Origin: Anaeramoeba ignava BMAN
Lineage: Eukaryota; Protista; Anaeramoebae
NCBI GenBank assembly: GCA_028826165.1
Contig: JAPDFW010000118.1
Span: forward strand, 110,527 to 174,526
DNA: 64,000 nucleotides
Direction of reading: 5' to 3'
The notes beneath the pieces were generated by a model. The model was not told the DNA's origin and made no database searches. It saw nothing but the letters and a program-made list of their open reading frames with translations. This document shows, in pieces, positions 26,901 through 40,400 of this stretch. The position numbers were made by a program, and so were the translations under genes. The stretch's first letter is position 1, and every line of letters begins with the position of its first letter.

Positions 26901-29268
26901 ACTAATTCTTGTGTAAGTTCTGTAACAATTTCATCGATACTTTTTGGTTTTGATGGTTCATCTTGTTCAGAATTAAATTGTTGTGAATCTTGGTTGATTT
27001 TTTCTATTTTTGGGTTTTTTTCTAATTGAAACATTGCATCAATAATTAACGGACGACCTTTGATTTTTTCAGACATTTTTTGAACAGTCACAAGTAAATT
27101 TTGAACTGAATGAAGAACGTTCTGATTTGAACTTGTTTTCCAAATTTTCGTTTGATTCTGATACAATATTCCGAATAATTTCGACGAGTCTTGCTCGACT
27201 TTTCACAAAAACATCTTCAAGAAAATTTGGATCGAAAGTTGCAAGTTGTTTTTCTTGAAGAAGCGCAAACATTTGTGTTAAGAATTTGATAATTTGCTCT
27301 TGAGTTTTTTGAGATTGGATCATCTCATCAATAGATTGGAAATCTTGCTTAGTTAGAGCGTTTTCAAGAAGAGTATCGTCATAAGAACCCAAAACCCAGT
27401 TATTGATCTTTGCAATAAATTGTGTGGATTGATTCGAATGAAACATGGCAATGTTTTTTTTGATTTGCGATTCTGTAAATCCTAAAACAACCGCATTGAT
27501 TCCTGAACGAGAAATGACAGAAAAAAAATTCTTATTCAATTCTCCATAAATAAATGTTGGTTCATTAAAAGATATTGAAGAAATGGGGAATTTTTGTTGA
27601 TTTAAGTGATCCAAATTGAGAAGAAAAGCTGAAGAACAAAGATCTCTTCGATCGGTAACAGAAACCGGATTTTTATCCGAATAGCAAAGAAGAACTTGAG
27701 AATTGAGAAGAAGAAACTTGCCCAGAAATAATTTTGGCTTCTTTTTGGAAACATGGTGAAATTTTTTGGGGGATATAATGGTAATTGAATTATTAATAAG
27801 AGCCAAAATTGTGCAGATCTTATTTTCATGGTGATATTGCAAGTGCTGGCCTGATCTTAGTGAAGGATCTTGATGAGTATCTGTTTTGCGGAAACAAGAT
27901 TGATGCGTGATTGGGAAACCCGCGCAATTTACTGCTCCAAGACGGCTGAAATTCGGAGGAACAGTCGCGGTTCTCAATTAAGTGAGGCCAATGAAAGACA
28001 AAAGCAGAACGCATTTTGCGCATTTCAACAAACATCCCGCATACTTTCTGCTCATAAACATGCTTCCCAATAAGCCATTCTTGATGAATATCGCTGTCGA
28101 ATTTTTGCTTCGAAATTTCAAGTTCAGGATCTTGATTTGGATCGTCTTTGTCAAAAAGATATGAATCAAGAGAACAAAAAGCATCATTTGGAGGCACAAA
28201 TTTTTTATGTAAATGTTGATACAAATCGAAGACTTGATCTTTGGGATCCTGAAAAACATAAGGGAATTTTTGTGGCTTGATCAAAGAAATTCCCAATTGG
28301 TTTTGATAGTTGAAAAAATATTCATCAAGATCTAATACAAAAAGAAACCGATTACTGTAACAGATCACCAATTTGGAGTTGTTTTGAGTCACATCAAATT
28401 GAATGCAATTTTTTTCGATTTTGAACTTGATTTTTTTGAAGAATGCAATTTTGGATATTTTCAAAATGGCGACTTTCTGGGCGTGAGAAATGTCCCAGAT
28501 GTGGATACTCTTTCCCTTTTCGCAAAGTGCATAAAGAAAATCTTGCTTTCGCCTAAATTGAACAAATGGAATTATTTTATTTTTTTCGCCTGATAAAATG
28601 AACATTTCCACTCCATAAAAATGATTTTCCGTAATTTTGCAAATAACAGCAACATTAGAACTCAAAATAAGAAGAGTATTCAAGCTCTGGTTCTTTGCAG
28701 AGATTAGATCGACGATTGCCAGCGACTTCAGATCTCTCTCATATGGATTTGTTGTTGGCTTTCCCAAAGCTTGATGAAGATAATCAGGTTGTATTTGAGT
28801 TTTAAAGACATGGATTTGAGCTGATTCTGATTGATTTTGGTTCGTGATTTTTTGCGGATCCTCTTCAAAGAAATGTATCAGCCCTTTTCTTGCTGTTTTT
28901 CTTGAATATTCTGTTTTTATTTCGTGAATTTCGAAAATTTCGGAATTTGATAAATTGATTTTTGCTTTTGGCAATATGATTCTATAAAGATGAACAATAT
29001 AGTTTTTATCAAGAGCAAGTAGAATAATCATCGTTTCGTGAATTCTTCCCCAAAAATAGCTTGTTATGTCGGGGATTTTGCTTTCTGGAATTGGGACTAA
29101 TTGGTGGAAATTATTTGATGTTTCAATTATTTCTTTATAATAAAAAATATTCAATTCTTTTTCTTCATTTAAAATTGCAACAAAATCTCCAAATGGTTTT
29201 GATTCTTTAAAAGATTCATTGAAGAATTGATTATTATCATTAAATTTTTTTAATTTTACTTCTAACAT
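20943..29268 (-). CDS. SPG11: Spatacsin (SPG11)-like protein of about 2770 aa, apparently intronless, split by three frameshifts
   Basis: ATG at 29268 (MLEVKLKK). Four overlapping ORFs: 27826..29400, 27069..27977, 23138..27166 and 20943..23141. The C-terminus matches recalled spatacsin motifs: EVRVLIQAHKCF, ALIFAEYF...W...IFHQVIL..NFGY, FIEDRAFQYQVAKELGF. Confidence 0.78.
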
Positions 29269-29386
29269 TTTAATTTTAAAAAACAAAAAAAAATTTTTAT
29301 AAAAAAAAAAAAGAAGAAGAAAAATGAAAAAAATAAAAATGAATTTTGAATTATTTTTATTATTTTTTTTTCTTTTAAATTTTTTT

Positions 29387-32300
29387 TTATGATTTTTCAA
29401 CTAAAATCATACAGAATCCAAAAACAAAAAAAACAATAATAAAGAGCAAAAAGATTGCGTATAAAATCCAGACTTCACCAGTCCATCTTTCAACAAATTG
29501 AAGTTCGTAATCCAATTCAGTCATTTCTTCTTGAACTTTTGTTACTCCAAAAATTTTTGATAAAGTGATTGGTTTATAAGAATTTTCAAAATCAATTTTA
29601 ATATTTTCTGAAGGATATGAATATTTCGGCATCAAGAACTGGAAAAAACTAAATTTTGACGGTAATATTCCAGTGAATTTATCAGGAATCAATGATTCTT
29701 GAATAAAATTGATAATTTCTTGTGATTCGCAAAATGTTTGTTTGTTTTCTTTTTGATCATCAATATCAATTATGATGAACTTGATCCTATTTTTGTTGTT
29801 TATTTCCTTATTTTGTTGAACAATTTCGTCAAAAATATCATCCAAATTCATGTATTTTTGTAAATCTGTTTGGTTTATTATTTGATCCAAATTTTTTGGT
29901 AATTTTGAGTAAATCCATCCGTTATTTGGATATCCTTTAATAAATATTGATTTTTTTTGATAATTTTTTTGGATCAAATCAAAAATATCATTTTCTGGAA
30001 ATTTTAGAATTTGTTTTTCTTTTGTTTGTATGAATTGTGTATTATTTTTTGTTGCTTTGCTATTAGATGTGTGAAGGAAGTTAATTGAAAAAGTATTTGA
30101 TTTTGATTTTTCCAAAAATGAAAAAATGCTTTCTTTTTTGCAAGTTTTGTTTAATTTTTGGATTTGGTCTTCCCGAAACTTTATAAATAAATTAATAAAT
30201 AATTTTATAAATAATTTTATAAATAATTTTATAAATAATTTAATATTTAATTTTATAAATAATTTTATATATAATTTTATATTTAATTTTATATATAATT
30301 TTATATTTAATTTTATATTTAATTTTATAAATAATTTTATATATAATTTTATAATTAATTTTATATTTAATTTTATATTTAATTTTATATTTAATTTTAT
30401 ATTTAATTTTATATTTAATTTTATAAATAATTTTATATATAATTTAATAAATAATTTTATATTTAATTTTATAAATAATTTTATAAATAATTTTATAAAT
30501 AATTTTATATTTAATTTTATAATTAATTTTATAAATAATTTTATATATAATTTTATAAATAATTTTATATTTAATTTTATAAATAATTTTATAATTTAAT
30601 TTTATAAATAATTTTATAAATAATTTTATAAATAATTTTATAATTTAATTTTATAAATAATTTTATATTTAATTTTTATAAATAATTTTATTAATAATTT
30701 TATAAATAATTTTATAAATAATTTTATAATTAATTTTATATTTAATTTTATAAATAATTTTATTAATAATTTTATAAATGATTTTATAAATAATTTTATA
30801 AATAATTTTATAAATAATTTTATATTTAATTTTATATTTAATTTTATATTTAATTTTATAAATAATTTTATAATTAATTTTATAATTAATTTTATATTTA
30901 ATTTTATAAATAATTTTATAAATAATTTTATAAATAATTTTATAAATAATTTTATAAATAATTTTATAAATAATTTTATATTTAATTTTATAAATAATTT
31001 TATATTTAATTTTATAAATAATTTTTATAAATAATTTTATTAATAATTTTATAAATAATTTTATAAATAATTTTATAAATAATTTTATAAATAATTTTTA
31101 TAAATAATTTTATAAATAATTTTATATTTAATTTTATATTTAATTTAATATTTAATTTAATAAATAATTTTATAATTAATTTTATAATTAATTTTATAAT
31201 TAATTATATATTTAATTTTATAAAATAATTTTTATAATTAATTTAATAAATAATTTTATAATTAATTTAATAAATAATTTTATAATTAATTTTATATTTA
31301 ATTTTATAATTAATTTTATATTTAATTTTATAATTAATTTTATAAATAATTTTTATATTTAATTTTATAATTAATTTTATAAATAATTTTATAAATAATT
31401 TTATAAATAATTTTATAAATAATTTTATAAATAATTTTATATTTAATTTTATAAATAATTTTATATTTAATTTTTATAAATAATTTTATAAATAATTTTA
31501 TTAATAATTTTATAAATAATTTTATAAATAATTTTATAAATAATTTTATAAATAATTTTATAAATAATTTTATAAAATAATTTTATAAATAATTTTATAA
31601 ATAATTTTATAAATAATTTTATAATTAATTTTATAAATAATTTTATAATTAATAATTTTATATTTGATTTTGTAAATAATTTTATAAATAATTTTATAAA
31701 TAATTTTATAAATAATTTTATAAATAATTTTATAAATAATTTTATAAATAATTTTATAAATAATTTTATAAATAATTTTATAAATAAATTTATAATTAAT
31801 TTTATATTTAATTTTATAAATAATTTTATAATTAATTTTATAATTAATTTTATAATTAATTTTATAATTAATTTTATAATTAATTTTATAATTAATTTTA
31901 TATTAAATTTTATAAATAATTTTATATTTAATTTTATAATTAATTTTATATTTAATTTTATAATTAATTTTATATTTAATTTTATATAATTTTATAAATA
32001 ATTTTATAAATAATTTTATAAATAATTTTATAATTAATTTTATAATTAATTTTATATTTAATTTTATAAATAATTTTATTAATAATTTTATATTTGATTT
32101 TTGTAAATAATTTTATAAATAATTTTATAAATAATTTTATAAATAATTTTATAAATAATTTTATAAATAATTTTATAATTAATTTTATAATTAATTTTAT
32201 ATTTAATTTTATAATTAATTTTAGCAAATAATTTTATAAATAATTTTATAAATAATTTTATAAATAATTTTATAATTAATTTTATATTTAATTTTTATAT

Positions 32301-32894
32301 AATTAATTTTATAAATAATTTTATAATTAATTTTATTAATAATTTTATATTTGATTTTGTAAATAATTTTATAAATAATTTTTATAATTAATTTTATATT
32401 TAATTTTATAAATTTTTTATAAATAATTTTATAAATAATTTTATAAATAATTTTATATTTAATTTTATATTTAATTTTATATTTAATTTTATAATTAATT
32501 TTATATTTTATATCATGTTTCAGATTTATAAATTCTTACAGAAGGAATAGTATATAAAATAACTAATTCAGGTGAATCTAATTCATAATTTTGCATAATT
32601 TTATTTAATAACGAATTCTATTTATAAATAATTTTTAATTAATTTTATAATTTTTTTTAATTTTTTTAATTTTTTTACTTTATAATTTAATGATGTTTCT
32701 TCATTAAAAGAATCTTGAATCATTTCAAAAATTAAATTTTGAGGATAAAATTCAATAATTGTTTGATTAATTGTAATTGAATCTTTAGTTTTTGTCCAAA
32801 AATAAATTGAAGAAGGAAATTGAATATTAAAAGAATTAACAAAAAGAAAAAAGGAAAGAAAAAGAAAGAATAAAAGAAGAGAAGAAAGATTCAT
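29387..32894 (-). CDS. Type I membrane protein (signal peptide, luminal domain, C-terminal TM helix); function unknown
   Basis: Exons 32894-32679, 32617-32540 and 30178-29387, GT-AG and all phase 0. Hydrophobic leader MNLSSLLLFFLFLSFFLFVNS and C-terminal TM WILYAIFLLFIIVFFVFGFCMIL. Confidence 0.75.
30181..32510. repeat. 12-nt minisatellite (AATTTTATAAAT and variants) filling a 2.36-kb intron
   Basis: Directly visible. The variant TTTGATTTTGTAAAT recurs near 31664, 32093 and 32350. Confidence 0.95.
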
Positions 32895-33082
32895 TTTAAG
32901 AAAGAAATTTAAAAAAAAGAAAAAAAATGAAAAAAAATGAAAAAAAAAAATTCATTTTTTTCTTTTTTCTTTTTTTTTATTTTAAATTGAATTGAATTTT
33001 TTTATTTCAAATTGAATTGAATTTTTTTATTTTAAATTGAATTGAATTTTTTTATTTTAAATTGAATTGAATTTTTTTTTAA

Positions 33083-33523
33083 ATGAGTGATCAAGAAAAA
33101 CTTGAAATTGTTGATGAAAATATTCCCAAATCTTCAGAAAAAGAAGAAATATTTATAGATTCAGGATTATTTTCCGATCAAGAAAAAGATGAAATTGAAA
33201 TGGAACCAAAAGAAAAAACAAAAAGAAGAAAAAAAACGCATAATATAACATATCCAATAAGTTTTATGGAAGTTTTGAAAAGCAAAGAATTAAGGAAAAG
33301 AAAGAAAACTGCATTTTCTGCACTTGCAATATTTATTTTTGGATTGGTTTTGTTTTTTATGAGTTTTCCTATTTGGAAACGTTCTTCTGCTGAAGGAATT
33401 TCTCTTTTTATTATTGGTGCTTTACTTTTAATTACTGGCGGTTATTATCTTTATTTTATTTATCATGCTATTAAACATGATCCTGGTTTTAGATTCGATG
33501 AAATACCAAATTACGAATATTGA
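33083..33523 (+). CDS. TMEM230: TMEM230/TMEM134 (DUF872) family two-TM membrane protein
   Basis: Single exon with two TM helices and the family-like tail GALLLITGGYY...GFRFDEIPNYE. Confidence 0.72.
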   Translation: MSDQEKLEIVDENIPKSSEKEEIFIDSGLFSDQEKDEIEMEPKEKTKRRKKTHNITYPISFMEVLKSKELRKRKKTAFSALAIFIFGLVLFFMSFPIWKRSSAEGISLFIIGALLLITGGYYLYFIYHAIKHDPGFRFDEIPNYEY

Positions 33524-33609
33524 TTTTGTTCCTTTTTTTTCTTTTTTCTTTCTTTCTTCTTTCTTTCTAATAAAAAATTTATCAAAAAATTATTTTAGAA
33601 TTAAAATAA

Positions 33610-34410
33610 TAAAATTGAATTGAAATTGAATTGAATTGAAATTGAATTGAATTGAATTGAAATAAAATTGAATTGAAATAAAAATGAATTAAAATTGAAT
33701 TGAATTGAATTGAATTGAATTGAATTGAATTAAAATTAAAAATAAAAAAGTGGAATAAAATTGAATTGAATTGAATTGAATTGAATTGAATTGAATTGAA
33801 TTAAATTAAATTAAAATTAAAAATAAAAAAGTGGAATAAAATTGAATTGAATTGAATTGAATTGAATTGAATTGAAATAGAATTGAATTGAATTGAATTG
33901 AAATTGAATTGAATTGAATTGAATTGAATTGAATTGAATTGAATTGAATTGAAATTGAATTGAATTGAATTGAATTGAATTGAATTGAATTGAATTGAAA
34001 TAAAATTAAAAATAAAAAAGTGGAATAAAATAAAATTGAATTGAATTGAAATAAAATTGAATTGAATTGAATTGAATTGAAATTAAATAAAAATGAATTG
34101 AATTGAATTGAATTGAATTGAAATAAAAATGAATTGAATTAAATTAAATTGAATTGAATTGAATTGAATTAAAAATAAAAGTGAAATGAATTGAAAAATT
34201 GAAATAAAATTAAAAATAAAAAATTGAATTGAATAAAATTTCTTTTTGAATTCTGAATTGAATTGAATTGAAAAAAATTAAAATTGAATTGAATTGAAAA
34301 ATTGAATTAAAATGAATTGAAAAATTGAAAAAAATTGAATTGAAATTGAAAAATTGAAATGAATTGAAAAATTGAAAAATTGAATTGAAAAAATTGAAAT
34401 GAATTGAATT
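33610..34410. repeat. Pentamer microsatellite (AATTG)n between convergent genes
   Basis: Directly visible; interrupted three times by AAAAAAGTGGAATAAAA. Confidence 0.93.
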
Positions 34411-34442
34411 GGAAAAATGTTTGTTTCATTAAGAAAAAAAAA

Positions 34443-37400
34443 TTATTTCTTATTTGAAACAAATCCTCCTTTTGCTGGTTCTTTTGCAATCATCTTAAAT
34501 ACTTCAGCTAATTCAATATTATCTTTTGCTAAATGAAAATCTCCATTTCCCAAATTTGAAATTTGTCTTAAAAATTGAGTAGAATTACCAACATCACCTC
34601 CAAAACCAACAGTATGAATAATAAGATCAGGAAAATTAGGAGCGTTTTGTTGAAGAAAATTCATAGTTTGTTGTGGTTCCCAATCTTCACCATCAGTTAA
34701 AAGAACAAAAACAGGTCTAACTTGTTTTTCTTTTTCATTCAAATTATTAAGTAAATTAAAACCTCTTTCAAAAGCAACTTCAAAAGAAGTTCCTCCTCTT
34801 GGATCAATATTCCTGCAATATCTTTCAATCAAATTTGAGTCAACTATTTGAGATTGGAAAATAGTATCAACTTTGTCATCAAAAGCAATAAAAGTACATC
34901 GATCTTCTTTGTTGTTTTGCGTTCGTAAATCTAAATAATTAATGCAAGATTCATAAACTGCTCCTAATCTATTATTGTTTGTTTGTTTAACCCAATCATA
35001 AACACTTGGTTTTACATCGTATGATCCCATTGATCCTGATCTGTCAATAATCAAATAGTGATGATAATTTGCAAATCCTCCTGTATTTGGATGATTACAA
35101 GGAAAGAAATGGCCATCTGTTGAAGTATATCCTTGTGCTTGTCCATCAGGAGTTTGTTTAGGATCCCAAGGTTTGTGCCACAATGGAAGAACACAATAAG
35201 GTGGATGTCTTGCACCTCGTTTGGAAAGAATTTGATCAACATTAATTGGCTGTTTGTTGTTATCTTCTGCATTATCTTCTTCTGTTTCATGAATTTTTGA
35301 TCCACACATTGCTCCACAATGACTAAATTCAAATTTCTCTTCATTACTAAATCCACTTTCAAATTTAAGATAATGTTCCCAATAAAAATAACAAGTTGCT
35401 TCATAATACTGAACATTATCACTGTATTGATTTTGAGCAAGACGGATATATTTTCTATCTTCTTCAGGAATATCATTCAAATTTATATCATTAACAGGAA
35501 TTAAATGCATATGTCCTCTTCCAAAAAGAATACATTGATGAGTACAAATAAAAGGTTTGGCACTTTCGCCTGTTCTTAAGTTAATTTTATTGAATTGAAT
35601 TGCATCTTGTCCTTTTTCAGTAACAAGTGTACTTTCTCTCATATTTCCATGTTGACAAACATGAAGACCAGGATGACCTTTAGGAAGTGAACAGAAATAA
35701 CCACAAGATTTGCATTTATAACCGCAATAATGATATTCTTTGTCGGGATCGTATTTTCCTTGAACTAAACAAGTGTGTTGTCCATCATGATTTAATTGAT
35801 TTGGTGGAATTTTTAACACACATTGATTTGTTTCCCCATTTTGTTCTGTATATTCATTAAACTCAATAGTTTGTCCAGAAATTGTCTTAAATACTTGCTT
35901 ATCAAATACTCTTCTGTTATCAATTCGACAAATACCCTGTTGACATCTATGAGTGCAAATATGTTCTCTTCCACAAAAATGAATAGCATTTGGTTCTTTC
36001 ATTCCATGTAAATGATCATGAGATTGGCAAGGATTCCCGCAAATAGGGCATTTCGCAAGACATCCAACTTTATTACAAACACAAGCACCTTCATGATCAT
36101 GAGGTAAGGTGCATTTTTCTCCACAAACAATTCTTCCTTTATCTCCCTTTTGGTTGATAATTGTTTCGAAATTTACTGAACAGGGTTTTCCACAAAGATG
36201 GTTTTCAGGCGAAGTACTACACATACACGCTCCTGAATGATTTGGATCAAGAAGACATTTTTTTTGACAATTTGTAAAGCCGAATAAAGAGCACTTTTTT
36301 CCACAAGTATGTGGTTTATCGCAAATATGCTTTCCTTCATGACCCAATTTCTGTGTGCATCTTGTGTTCTTGTTTTCTGCTTCGCAATATTGGCATTTAT
36401 GAGAACATCCATGATCTGGATTTTTGCAATCATGATGAGTTTGGCTTGAATGATTATGGAGATGCATACATGGATAAAAGCATTTTTCGCATCGAATTGG
36501 GCATAATTTCCAAGTGTTCTTCAAATTATCACATTCTCTTTGGATGTTATTTTCGATATGTTGAAATTCTCCTTTTCCTGTTCCTTCAAATGCTTCTTCA
36601 AACTCTTTCTTCCATGAATTAAGCCATTTTTCTGTTTTTTGTATTCTTCTTTCCACAATTGATGTCAAGAACGGTTGGAAAATTTGATACCAGATTTTGA
36701 AGCAAGCGTCTAATCTTGGGAGAATATTTTCCTCAAAGTAGTCTTTTTGTTCGTCAATCAAGAAAGACATGAATTGATCTTGGGATTGTTCGGTTAAATT
36801 TTCTATTCCTTTTATAGGCCCTAATATCAGGCCTGAATCTTCATAATCAGAAATTGTGATTGTATATCTTATTCCTTTTTTAGTTTTTTCGTGATCGAAT
36901 TTGAAATTCTGTTTCTGCTTTTGATCTTTGATTCGATGCTCTTCAAAAACTTGTCTATCTTCTTTACTAATCTCAAATGAAAATAAAAGATCTGAATCTT
37001 CTTGAAGAATTGCGTTGTGTTTTTGTAAAGAAACCCTTGGTTTTTGCATTTGTTGTTTCCATTTCTTGAAATTTTCTGGAGTGAAAGTTCTCATTTCAAA
37101 AGAAGAATATGCTCCTCCATAAATTAAATCCTTTTGGATGTCTTTCATGTAATTAAATGCTTTATCTTGATATGCTTTGTCAATGGATCCGAAATCTTTG
37201 ATTGATAACTGAGTTAAGAATTGTTTGATGTTAGTGAGAAAACTTGGTCCTGTTTGGAATCTTGGAGGTGTTGCTTGTGGAACAACATAATCAAGATATT
37301 TGAAATATTCGTTTGAAGGAAATGTTGGGAATGGAATTGTTAAAACTCTTTCAAACATTGATAATAATAATTTGCTTTCTCTTTCTGATTGTTTTCCTTT

Positions 37401-40400
37401 TCTCAAATTGTCGTTATATTTCAAAATTGTATCTGAGCATTTTTGACCAAAAGAATTTGCAACAGATTCAAGTTGACTTAATTGGCAATCTCTTGGATTG
37501 AATAGCAATCTTCCTCCAAACAAAAATCTACTTTCCTCAAATTTAAGATGTCTTGTTCCTGCTGCCCAATTTTCAAGCATTGTTCTTGTGTATCTATCAA
37601 ATTGCATTGTTGTTCTCAGAATCATTAGATTACTAACTGCTGCTCCAAATAGTGCTGACATCATATCCTGTTGTTGTGTTTTTTCAAAACTTCCCAATCC
37701 TTCAAAATCTAAAAATGTAAATAATTTTTTTTCTTCAGGAGAGTATCTAACTGTCATCCAGACACCATCAGTACATCTTCCTCCAGCAACATCAAAGAAT
37801 GAGCTAAAGGATTATTTTAATTTTTTAGATTTAATTTTTTAAATTTAAATTTATAAATGATTTTTAAATATTCACCCTGCTAAATGATTAAGAAAAGTAC
37901 TCTTCCCACTAGATTGATTCCCACTGCATGAAACAACTATAACAGGTACTTGATAAAAATTAAATATTGATTCATATAACCCAAACCGAATTTGTTCTGC
38001 AAGTTCAGATGCCTTCATTGCTACTTTGTTTTCACCTAAATCTTCTGCTTTTGTAAGATCATTTTTCCAATCAAACCTAACACCATCAGTTAATGGAAGG
38101 AAATCTTCATAATAAAATCTAGCAATTTGCAAAGGGATTAAACAAATCAATTTCTGAAGCCAATCTCCAAAAGGCCATAATTTATCTTTGCTAAAAGTCC
38201 TAGATTTATCAAAATCTTTTAATTTATAAACTTCAAAATTAATTTTGATCTTTTCCATTGGTTTCTTGATTTCTTCATAAACCAAACTATGAAGATAATC
38301 TGTAATATCTTTGTAATTCTCCAGAACTGTATTATTAGAAAGTAAAATATTTAATGTTGTTTCTCTTTGCGGCAAAGAATATCTGGAATAAGTCGCGTAT
38401 TTATCGAAAATGAAATACCAATAATCAAGTAAAGAGTTCAAAGGCGGGGAAATATCCTCAGTATGCGCATTTTTGTCAAAAAAAGTCAATGAAGATTTGG
38501 TTGTAATTGTTCCTTGTTCTGTTTTGATTATTGCTTGGTATGTAACAATTTTCTTTCTTTCATTATCAAATCCAATGATAAAAGGCAAAGTGCGAATTTG
38601 GAAAAGTGAAAATTTGGTAGTGATAGGTAATTTGTCTGGAATAACAATTTCGTTAATTTTCTTAAAGATTTTCTTATCCTCTTCAATTCCAGGAGATAAT
38701 GTGACTCCCTGGATAACCCATAATTTGGTTAATTGACTGAAATATAATAAGAGAAGAAATGGATGTTGTGTAAGCATGATATTAAGTGTATTTGGCTCAT
38801 ATTTTAATTGGGCTATTTCGAGTGTTTGAAGATCAAAAGAAACATCTGCGACATGAAATAATAAAAGCTTGCCATTATCATGAAGTACCAAAACATCTTT
38901 TCGATTAGGAACAACATGAAGTTGCTGAATAATTGGCTTATTGTTTTTTTTGGCTACTGACCAGATATCTGATAGTTCCTTTCTATGAATTTCAGTTAAA
39001 CTTTTTGTGTCTTGGTCATATTGGAAAATTAATAATTTATGAGAAAATTCAACTTCATTACCAATTTCCATCTCAATTTGATTGTTATTGTTATTGTTAT
39101 TGTTATTGTTATTGTTATTGCTATCCTTTTTCTGTTCTCCAGTAATTTGATATAAAACAAGAATCGAACTAGTTTCATCAAATGAAAATAAAGTAACTTT
39201 TCCAGGAATTGCATTTGTTAATGGCTGATTTATATCACTATACTGTTTGGATGGATCAACGTGATAAATGATTGTATAAAGTTTGCCGTCATTTGTTTTC
39301 TCGATTGCTTTAAGAACATTTCCTCCTCGGAAAATATAAAAAAATACGATATTTTGATCAAATTTTGAAACTGTCCATTTTTTGGAAGATAGCAAACTGA
39401 CCGGAATTGCTCCAATTTGTTTTGCTCCATCTTGAGCGGTAGCATGCATTCCTAACTCTTCTTCTTGATGAGTAGGAATGCTAATTCGAAATGTTTGATG
39501 TTCAACCATTCCTTCAAGAACTTTTTGCTCTTTATAATGAACTTCTAAAAACTTTCCTCTAAAAAATGATTTCTTTTTCAAACGGAACTTTGTGATTGTC
39601 ATCTTGAATTTTGCATTTTTGTTATTAAGAATCCTCTCAATCTTCTCTTTTGTGCCATGAACGTTAAATGGTTTTGATGGACTGAAATCTTTAAGATCCC
39701 GAAGACCGGAGATTTTTGAAATGATTTTATTTTCATTTTTCAAGTTTTTTTTCCATGTCATAATTTGATTGATAAAACGAATAAAATGTGGATCATCTAA
39801 TTCTTGGAATGAAACAGTTTGGTTTTCAAGAAGATCAAAAAAGTTCTCAGGTTCAGTTTCTTTGAAACTGAGAAACTTTTCAGTAAAATTTAAACTAAAA
39901 TCGGATTTTGTAGTGAATAAGAAATCCTTTCTATACCATCCATATGTAAAGGTCATTTGTGTCTCTTCTTGATAAAATGGGGAATCTATTGGGATTGATT
40001 GATTAGTTGCAAATCCTGGTGAAATTCTGAATTCATTTCCTTTTGAACTTAAAACGGGTTCAAATGAAACCATGCATGGGAAATTCTGTCGAAATCTTTT
40101 GTGTTTTGGAATAAATTTTTCTTCGCTTAATAAATTGGCATTAATTTTCTCGTTTTCATCGAAAAACAGCACAACTTCATCACAAATCTCGTATAAAAAT
40201 CTCAATAAAAGTGTAACAACTGAACTTCTTGGGTTGGAAACAAATAATCCAAATTGTCCTGGCCATAAAAATATTGTGTGTTCAAAACGTTCATTTTCCT
40301 CCGTTTTGCGAGCTAAAAGATATAATCCTGGTTGCATTTTCTTTTCAAAATTTTTCAATTCTTGCACAAAATGCTTTGATATTGACTCAAGAAAATTAAG

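Noticed and set aside
29269-29400. N-terminal 44 aa of ORF 27826..29400 and its overlap with the upstream gene
   Set aside because: Low-complexity intergenic sequence; the better start is ATG 29268, which follows an A-rich context like the other genes.
30126-32227. ORFs 30126..30599 and 31982..32227
   Set aside because: Readings of the intronic 12-mer repeat.
33610-34410. (AATTG)n as telomeric repeat
   Set aside because: Internal, between convergent genes, degenerate, and without a G-rich telomere-type unit.
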